A DNA stretch of 64,000 bases. Origin: a virus (taxonomy: Duplodnaviria; Caudoviricetes). The translations under genes and the position numbers were made by a program. Under the pieces are notes generated by a model, which saw only the letters and a program-made list of their open reading frames with translations, ran no database searches and was not told the origin of the DNA. The DNA lies in IMG/VR virus record IMGVR_UViG_3300037780_000034, positions 1 through 64,000 of that record. One strand, written 5' to 3'. Below are positions 56,989 through 64,000 of this stretch, piece after piece (positions within the stretch are counted from its first letter, which is position 1; each line of letters begins with the position of its first letter).

Positions 56989-57762
56989 ATGGCTAAAAGA
57001 GAAAGTGTATCTGGTTTTACTTTTCCTCAAAAGGGTAATGTTATTTATGGAACATCAAGAACAGGAAGAAATGTATCAACTCCTTTTAGAATTTTAAAAG
57101 GTGTAGACACGTATATACAATTTTCTATTCAAGAAGCAGTAGGAAAAGCAAAAAAATTATACAATAAAACATTAAAAGCTACTGTAGTAAAATCAAAATC
57201 AAATGACATAATTCTTACCAGAAATCTAAAAATAGAAAATTATGATCTTGGTATAGCATCATTAACTATACTATCAACCGACACTATTGCAAAAGATGCA
57301 GGCTATTATGATTTAATTTTAACTATAACAGAGGAAAATTCAAATACATATCCTGTTTATGTAGATTCTACCTATAAAACAGATTATTCTTTAGAAATTT
57401 TAGAAAATTATGTAGATACTACTCCTAACTTATTTGAAGTCACAAGTTTTACAACTATAAACGATATTGAATATTCTGACAAATTATTATCAACTTCACA
57501 AGTTGCTAATACATTCGGAAATCTAACTGTTGTATTTTATGCTACGGATTTTACAGGTAGTGTAGGGATTGAAGCTAGTTTGGCAAGTAATCCAAATGAA
57601 AATGATTGGTTTTCAGTTGACTTAACATTGGTAAATCCTAAAAAAACTTATGAAAACTTTACTGGAATTGATGCATATGCATTTGAAGGAAAATTTATGT
57701 GGGTAAGATTTTCTAAGGAAACTGTATCAGGAATCATTGACAAAATTCTTTACATAGTATAA
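56989..57762 (+). CDS. putative virion structural protein
   Basis: Beta-rich; late promoter. Confidence 0.55.
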   Translation: MAKRESVSGFTFPQKGNVIYGTSRTGRNVSTPFRILKGVDTYIQFSIQEAVGKAKKLYNKTLKATVVKSKSNDIILTRNLKIENYDLGIASLTILSTDTIAKDAGYYDLILTITEENSNTYPVYVDSTYKTDYSLEILENYVDTTPNLFEVTSFTTINDIEYSDKLLSTSQVANTFGNLTVVFYATDFTGSVGIEASLASNPNENDWFSVDLTLVNPKKTYENFTGIDAYAFEGKFMWVRFSKETVSGIIDKILYIV

Positions 57763-57772
57763 GATACTATCT

Positions 57773-58780
57773 ATGAATAATTTTGTTGAATATGTAAGAG
57801 AACATGTTCCTTCGCATTGGAAGTATACTTCTGGCGGATGGATACATGGAAATTGCCCGATGTGCATTTATAATGGAGAATCACGCCCTGATACCAAAGG
57901 GCGTGGTGGTTTCAATTTTGACAATAACAGTATTTCTTATAATTGTTTTAATTGTAGATATACTGCAAGATGGGAACAAGGAAATAATATATCAAATAAG
58001 TTAACAAACTTATTAATTCAATTTGGAGCAGAAAAATCTGATATACAAAGATTTAAATTGCATCTGAAAATGCAATCTGAATTAATATATTCTCCAAAAA
58101 CAAAAGAAGAATCAAAATGGAAGTCTACAGTATCAAACTGGAAAGAAATATCATTACCACCAAAAAGTAAAAAACTGTTTGATATTCAAAACATTAAAGA
58201 TGATTCTTTTGAATTTAATGCTATAAATTATATAGCACAACGAAAATTAGAATTAATTGATGATTGGTATATAAGTGACTATTATACTTATAAGAATAGA
58301 ATTATATTACCTTTAAGATATAACAACAAAATAGTAGGGCATACTTCACGACTAATTGTCCCCCATTCAAAATATCCAAAATATTTAAAAAATATACCAA
58401 AAAATTATGTATTTAATTTAGATGCACAAAAATCTTCAAAAAAATATATAATCCTTACAGAAGGATATTTTGATGCCGTATTTACCGATGGGGTTGCAGT
58501 AGGATCAAATTATATAAACGACGAACAGGCAGAAATTATTGAATCTTTAAATAAAGAAATAATAGTATTACCAGATGCAAACCAAGCAGGAAGAAGACTT
58601 GCTATTTCTGGAATAGAAAGAGGATGGTCCATATCATACCCTCCTTGGGAGAAAGGAATAATTGATGTAAATGATGCAGTTAAAAGATATGGAAGATTTT
58701 TTACTATATATTCAATACTAGAAAATAAAATTACTAATACTACTAAAGCCAAAGTGATGGCAAAAACTTGGTGTTCATAA
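57773..58780 (+). CDS. gp61: DNA primase
   Basis: CPMC..CFNC zinc finger; TOPRIM TEGYFDA, LPD, DVND. Confidence 0.85.
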   Translation: MNNFVEYVREHVPSHWKYTSGGWIHGNCPMCIYNGESRPDTKGRGGFNFDNNSISYNCFNCRYTARWEQGNNISNKLTNLLIQFGAEKSDIQRFKLHLKMQSELIYSPKTKEESKWKSTVSNWKEISLPPKSKKLFDIQNIKDDSFEFNAINYIAQRKLELIDDWYISDYYTYKNRIILPLRYNNKIVGHTSRLIVPHSKYPKYLKNIPKNYVFNLDAQKSSKKYIILTEGYFDAVFTDGVAVGSNYINDEQAEIIESLNKEIIVLPDANQAGRRLAISGIERGWSISYPPWEKGIIDVNDAVKRYGRFFTIYSILENKITNTTKAKVMAKTWCS

Positions 58781-58799
58781 AGCGGAGAACAAAATATAA

Positions 58800-60176
58800 A
58801 TGTCAGATGACTTTTCTACAGAAATGCAAAAACTATTTTTAGAATTTTTACAATCAGACCCAGACTTGTTTGTAAAATGCAATACTATAACACAAATTGA
58901 TTTTTTTGAGCATAAATTTCGTCCAGTAATTAAATTTATGAAGGAATATCATGATGAATATTCTGGCATACCTACTATATCACAGATTTCTGCAAAAACA
59001 GGAGTTTCGTTAAGTAATATTACTGACATTCAAGAAAACGAAAGAAATTGGTTTTTAGATGAATATGAAACTTTTTGTAGATACAAAGCATTAGAAAAAG
59101 CTATTTTGGCAAGCACTGATAAACTTGAAAAAAAAGAATACGGTGCAGTGGAACAGCTTATAAAGCAAGCAGTTTCTATTGGATTAACAAAAGATTTAGG
59201 AATGGATTATTGGAACGATCCAAAAAAACGTCTTGAAGATATTAAAGAAACTAAACCTGCAATTTCAACAGGATGGAAAACTATTGACACCGTGTTATAT
59301 GGTGGATTTGAACGTGGAACATTAAATGTTTTTGCTGCTCCTTCTGGTCACGGAAAAAGCTTAATGCTTCAAAATATAGCATTAAATTGGGCGTTAACCG
59401 GATATAATGTAGTATATATAAGTCTGGAACTTAGCACAAAACTTTGTTCAATGCGCTTAGATAGCATGCTTACCGGATACGGAACACGTGATTTGTTTAA
59501 AAATATAGATGATGTAAGTTTAAAATTAAGTATGATTTCTAAAAACGCAGCAAATCTACAAATAGTTCAGTTACCAAACGGAATTAACATAAATGACTTA
59601 AAAGCATATGTTAAAGAATATTCTACAAAAAAAGGAATTATGGTAGACGCAGTGGTAGTAGATTACTTAGACCTTATGACACCTGCACAAAAAAAAGTTC
59701 CACTAAATGATGTATTCACAAAAGATAAATTTGTAAGTGAAGAATTAAGAAATTTTACGATTGAAGGCAATTATCTTTTTGCTACAGCTTCGCAAATAGG
59801 ACGTGGTGGTATAGATGAAGCAGAATTTGGTATGCAAAACATTGCTGGTGGTATATCAAAGATATATACTGCTGATAATGTAATTGGCTTACACGCCAGT
59901 AAAGCTATGAAAGAACGTGGAAAAATTCAAATAGAATTTATGAAAACCAGAAGTAGTGCAGGAGAAGGAAGAAAGTTAGAACTATCATATGACAATACTT
60001 GTATGAGAATAAAAGATATAGACGATGAAGATAACAATAATACTTCTCAATCCACACAACCTTCTATATATGATAAATTAAAAGCAAAATCTTCAAATAA
60101 CGATGCACCCGAACCAAAAAGTGACAGTAATATAGACATAAATAAGCTTAAATCTATATTAAAACGAAGAGATTAA
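58800..60176 (+). CDS. gp41: replicative DnaB-like helicase
   Basis: AAPSGHGKS, YISLE, VVDYLD, TASQ, SKIYTAD, KTR. Confidence 0.9.
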   Translation: MSDDFSTEMQKLFLEFLQSDPDLFVKCNTITQIDFFEHKFRPVIKFMKEYHDEYSGIPTISQISAKTGVSLSNITDIQENERNWFLDEYETFCRYKALEKAILASTDKLEKKEYGAVEQLIKQAVSIGLTKDLGMDYWNDPKKRLEDIKETKPAISTGWKTIDTVLYGGFERGTLNVFAAPSGHGKSLMLQNIALNWALTGYNVVYISLELSTKLCSMRLDSMLTGYGTRDLFKNIDDVSLKLSMISKNAANLQIVQLPNGININDLKAYVKEYSTKKGIMVDAVVVDYLDLMTPAQKKVPLNDVFTKDKFVSEELRNFTIEGNYLFATASQIGRGGIDEAEFGMQNIAGGISKIYTADNVIGLHASKAMKERGKIQIEFMKTRSSAGEGRKLELSYDNTCMRIKDIDDEDNNNTSQSTQPSIYDKLKAKSSNNDAPEPKSDSNIDINKLKSILKRRD

Positions 60177-60177
60177 T

Positions 60178-61905
60178 ATGAATTTACTATATGTAGATAT
60201 AATAAAAGAAAAATGTTTTAACAATGAAAAGTTAAATCCTCATACTAATAAAAAAGAATGGTGGATTAAAAATAACTTAGAACATATATACGATGATATA
60301 TTTGTTAATACAGCATTTTTACCTTTAAGTTCAAAAATAAATCAAAGAATATATACATATGTAAATAATTTAACAGAAACTCCCAAGTGTAAAAAATATG
60401 ATTGTAACAATAATGTTAATTGGCACAACGGCAAATATTTAACATATTGTTCTCCTAAATGCAATTCTTTGTCAACATTAGAAAAAAGAAAAGAAACTAA
60501 TTCAAAAAAATATGGTGTAGACAATCCTTTTAAATCAAAAGAAATTAAAGAAAAAATACGTGAAACTACCATAGAAAAATATGGCGTAGAAAATTTCTCA
60601 AAGACTGACAAATTTAAAAAAGAAATGTCTGAAAAATGGAAAAATAATAAAGAAGAATGGCTAGAAAAAAGAAATGAAAATATACAAAATTACGGATATA
60701 AGTATCCTTTTGAAAACAAAGAAATTTTAAAAAAATCTAAAGATACACTTTTTGAAAAATATGGAAAATATCACCCATTACAGGTAGAAGAAATATTGCA
60801 AAAAGTAAAAAATACAAATATAGAAAAATATGGAGTTTCTAATTTTTTACAAAAAGATATATCAAATGTTTTTTTAGAAAACAGAAATAATAAATTGTTT
60901 TTTGAAAATCTTTTAAAAACACATTCTATAAAACAAATTTCAATTATGTTCAATATATCTTACTCATTATTATGCCAAACATTAGTTAACTTGGATTTTA
61001 ATCTAGGGAATTATTCTGGAAATGAAGTAGAAATATTTGAATTTATATCAAAAGCTGTTAATACTAATATTATAAGAAACGACCGAAAACAATTAAACGG
61101 AAAAGAATTAGACATATATATTCCTGAATATAATTTAGCAATTGAGCATAATGGGATTTATTGGCATAGCGATGAAAAGATAGACAAAAATTATCATTTA
61201 AATAAAACCAAAGCTTGTGAAGAAAAAGGTATAAATTTAATTCATATATTTGAACACGAATGGTTGAATAAAAAAGAAATAGTAAAAAGTATATTAAATT
61301 CAAAGTTTAATAAAACAAGAAAAATATATGCAAGGAATTGTATTGTTAAAAAAGTAGAAAAAAAAGTAGAAAAGAGTTTTTTAGAAAAAAATCATATACA
61401 ATCATACTATCATTCTGCTGTATGTTATGGTTTATATTACGATGAAGAACTTGTTCAATTGATGAGTTTTGGAATTCCAAGATTTGGAAAAAAATATCAA
61501 TGGGAATTGTTAAGGTTATCCACAAAATTAAATATTTCTGTTATTGGCGGTTCTTCAAAGCTTTTTAACAGGTTTATAATTGAATATGATCCAGATAATA
61601 TTGTTTCTTATTGTGACGTAAGATACTTTAGTGGAAATATATATTCAACACTTGGATTTAACTTTTTACATATCAGTAGTCCTAATTATTATTACGTTAA
61701 TAAGAATGGTGAATTTGGAAGTAGATACAAGTTTCAAAAACATAAACTAAAAACAATATTAAAAAATTATGACAATATGTTATCAGAATGGCAAAATATG
61801 AAAAGCAATGGATATAGTAGAATATGGGATTGTGGAAATAAAGTATATATTTACCAAAAGAAAATAAATAATGGTATAGCAATGGAGACCTGCAATGAAG
61901 CGTAA
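60178..61905 (+). CDS. free-standing Hef-like endonuclease, paralog of 48441..50168
   Basis: KYG repeats; ELDIYIPEYNLAIEHNGIYWHS; LIHIFEHEW. Confidence 0.75.
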   Translation: MNLLYVDIIKEKCFNNEKLNPHTNKKEWWIKNNLEHIYDDIFVNTAFLPLSSKINQRIYTYVNNLTETPKCKKYDCNNNVNWHNGKYLTYCSPKCNSLSTLEKRKETNSKKYGVDNPFKSKEIKEKIRETTIEKYGVENFSKTDKFKKEMSEKWKNNKEEWLEKRNENIQNYGYKYPFENKEILKKSKDTLFEKYGKYHPLQVEEILQKVKNTNIEKYGVSNFLQKDISNVFLENRNNKLFFENLLKTHSIKQISIMFNISYSLLCQTLVNLDFNLGNYSGNEVEIFEFISKAVNTNIIRNDRKQLNGKELDIYIPEYNLAIEHNGIYWHSDEKIDKNYHLNKTKACEEKGINLIHIFEHEWLNKKEIVKSILNSKFNKTRKIYARNCIVKKVEKKVEKSFLEKNHIQSYYHSAVCYGLYYDEELVQLMSFGIPRFGKKYQWELLRLSTKLNISVIGGSSKLFNRFIIEYDPDNIVSYCDVRYFSGNIYSTLGFNFLHISSPNYYYVNKNGEFGSRYKFQKHKLKTILKNYDNMLSEWQNMKSNGYSRIWDCGNKVYIYQKKINNGIAMETCNEA

Positions 61906-62155
61906 AACAAAATCTATTTTAGAAGAACTCAATTCAATAAGTGACTCGTATGAATCTTCTTATTTAATTGAAAATACTGGAACAAATCTTATTGCAGGAA
62001 TTTCTAATCTTATAAATTTAATTAAAGAAAATTATGATGAAGAAATATCAAATGATTTAGAAAAAAGACTAATCAATAGTATAAAATCAGGTGATGAAAC
62101 AAAATTTATAAGAGGCGTTTACGCTGCAAGAAATAAAATAAATTCTAAAAAATAA
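61895..62155 (+). CDS. conserved hypothetical protein
   Basis: TKSILEELNSI..LINSIKSGD.TKF.RG. Confidence 0.7.
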   Translation: MKRKTKSILEELNSISDSYESSYLIENTGTNLIAGISNLINLIKENYDEEISNDLEKRLINSIKSGDETKFIRGVYAARNKINSKK

Positions 62156-62216
62156 AACTATAAATAATATTATAGGTTAAAGTTATAGAATAATTTTACA
62201 AATAAGGACAAAATTT

Positions 62217-62942
62217 ATGAATTTAGAATTTATAAAAGATTTAAATGAAAGCAGTCAATATAGAACTAGCTATTCATTAAGAAACACTAATGCAAGAAAC
62301 ATAGCAGATCACGCATTTATGGATTTAATTTCATTATGGATATTATATAATGAATATGAATATGCTCCAATGGCATTAGAATATGCCAGAAAAACAGTTT
62401 CTTTTGGAAATTTTAATTCATATAGACAAAGCGGAACTGACTTGTATATAACGTTAAATGTATTATCTACAAAAAATTATACAGTATTGGGTGGAAGTGA
62501 AGCAGATAAATTATTTTTAGAAAATATGTTTATACCTACACAGAAAATAATTCAATATTTAAGAAAAATTTCATCAAATAGCTTGAATGCAATGTTTGCA
62601 AGGCAGTTATTACAAGAAGCAGAAAGAAGTTTAAAAATTTCAAATAGTAATTATAGAAGTATACGAAGAATGGCGCAAAATTGGGGTATACTAACTGAAA
62701 CACAAAAATCACTGGTTATAACACGATTAGTTCAATATTATCGTGCAAATGCAAGAAAGAGTGAATTATTTTATCTTATATCAAAGTTGTCAACCGAAAA
62801 AGGATATAAAATAGATGATGCTGTTGATGCAGAAAATAAAGATAGCAGAAGTATGAGTTCTGCTGCAAAGCTTGCTCTTTTAGGAGCAACTACTGTTGCA
62901 TCATATCACATAGGTAAAAATATAGCAAAAAGCTTACTATAA
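62217..62942 (+). CDS. putative virion protein
   Basis: TATAAATA at 62159-62166; MNLEFIKDLNES start. Confidence 0.65.
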   Translation: MNLEFIKDLNESSQYRTSYSLRNTNARNIADHAFMDLISLWILYNEYEYAPMALEYARKTVSFGNFNSYRQSGTDLYITLNVLSTKNYTVLGGSEADKLFLENMFIPTQKIIQYLRKISSNSLNAMFARQLLQEAERSLKISNSNYRSIRRMAQNWGILTETQKSLVITRLVQYYRANARKSELFYLISKLSTEKGYKIDDAVDAENKDSRSMSSAAKLALLGATTVASYHIGKNIAKSLL

Positions 62943-62956
62943 CAAAAGGCTTAAAA

Positions 62957-63400
62957 ATGAATTCAGATAATATAATATCTGATAGTCGTGGGTTGTATGT
63001 TTTATATACGCTCATAGATATAACAGATACGCAAATAACAGACACACGAATTTCACAATCAAAAGAATACAATCAATCTCAAAATTTAAATGTTTTACTT
63101 CAAGTAATAGGATTAAGGTGCCAACCAATAAATTATAAGGTTACAGAATTAAAAAAAGAAAATATGACATCTTATACTTTTGGATCAAAATATAAATCTT
63201 TACAAACTGTTTGGAAACTAGAATTTGAAGTTGACAGAGAAGATGTATGGAAAAAAGATGATGATGACGTTTTCTACTTAAAAGAAGATATTAATGAAAT
63301 TGTCATAACAACTGATCTAAATGAAACGTGTAAAATAAAAACTGCGTGTTTTGACTCTTTTTCTTTTGAATTCAAAAACATAACATTTAATAAAATGTGA
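62957..63400 (+). CDS. conserved hypothetical protein
   Basis: LYTLIDIT.T, QSQN.N.LLQVIGLR. Confidence 0.65.
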   Translation: MNSDNIISDSRGLYVLYTLIDITDTQITDTRISQSKEYNQSQNLNVLLQVIGLRCQPINYKVTELKKENMTSYTFGSKYKSLQTVWKLEFEVDREDVWKKDDDDVFYLKEDINEIVITTDLNETCKIKTACFDSFSFEFKNITFNKM

Positions 63401-63454
63401 TTTTGTTCTAAATAAATAAAGAACAAACAAAGTTCTTTATTTAGGAGAAGTCAT

Positions 63455-63712
63455 ATGCAACAAGACTATAAAGATATATCAGAATTAAAAACTGAAGTAG
63501 CAGTTGTAAAAGAAAGACAGCGCATAATTGACGAAAGATTGAGTGAGATAGTAGAATCAAATAAATCTATTTCTGCTGAATTAAAAAAGATGCACGAAGA
63601 AAATTCCAATCCTAAAAAAGAATTTGTTACAATAGTAGTTCGTTCTTCTGCTATGGTTATTGCTTCACTTATGGCAACTATAATAACTATGCTGATAATG
63701 TTTAAAAAATAA
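63455..63712 (+). CDS. coiled-coil plus C-terminal TM protein (holin-like)
   Basis: EVAVVKER coiled coil; hydrophobic C-terminus. Confidence 0.55.
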   Translation: MQQDYKDISELKTEVAVVKERQRIIDERLSEIVESNKSISAELKKMHEENSNPKKEFVTIVVRSSAMVIASLMATIITMLIMFKK

Positions 63713-63727
63713 GGTGAGGATATTAAA

Positions 63728-64000
63728 ATGCCAATGTCAATTGATAAAAAAATAGAAAAACTTGAAGAAGAAAATGAAGAATTTCGTGATGCAATTGGAT
63801 GTATCAAAACCGATTTAGCAGTTATTAAAGAAAAATATCAATCAATGAATGATAAAATTTCTATTATAGATGATAACTTTAACCGAGTTATTCAGTCAAT
63901 GGAAACCCTTAGAGTAGAAAATAACAACCAGCACAAGGCAATGATTAAAACTTTAATAGCAGGAACAGTAACACTAGCTACAAGTATAATAGGGGCAATA
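63728..64000 (+). CDS. similar coiled-coil/TM protein, truncated by window
   Basis: MPMSIDKKIEK..DLAVIKEK..IKTLIAGTVTLATSIIGAI. Confidence 0.55.
   Translation, partial: MPMSIDKKIEKLEEENEEFRDAIGCIKTDLAVIKEKYQSMNDKISIIDDNFNRVIQSMETLRVENNNQHKAMIKTLIAGTVTLATSIIGAI

Noticed and set aside
43310-60176. Inteins or introns in terminase, UvsX, UvsW, primase or helicase
   Set aside because: Lengths are typical, motifs are contiguous and no splice-junction motifs were seen
1-64000. Stop-codon reassignment
   Set aside because: Core genes are full length under the standard code, and no suppressor tRNA is present in the window

Overview
AT-rich segment of a large T4-like (likely jumbo) myophage genome. 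Bases 1-39.7 kb are accessory. They hold small early genes, mostly on the minus strand, in terminator/sigma70-promoter cassettes; a 9-gene tandem array of modular HRxDGPA (MORN-like) repeat proteins with 2 more copies at 31.7-32.9 kb; late-promoter genes sharing an N-terminal M(R/K)xx(Q/E)xxxE signal (ART-fold proteins, two putative amidoligases, repeat proteins); a symmetric hairpin cluster at about 12 kb (candidate origin); two tRNAs interleaved with structured non-coding segments; and RNA-repair/translation genes. Bases 39.7-64 kb are a plus-strand core block: tail tube, head completion, large terminase, gp32 SSB, UvsX, UvsY, UvsW, a miniature DnaE-like protein, primase, gp41 helicase and two free-standing endonucleases. 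Many early promoters carry GANTC in the spacer, hinting at an alphaproteobacterial host (CcrM/GcrA). All protein calls come from motif recognition by eye; no database searches were run.
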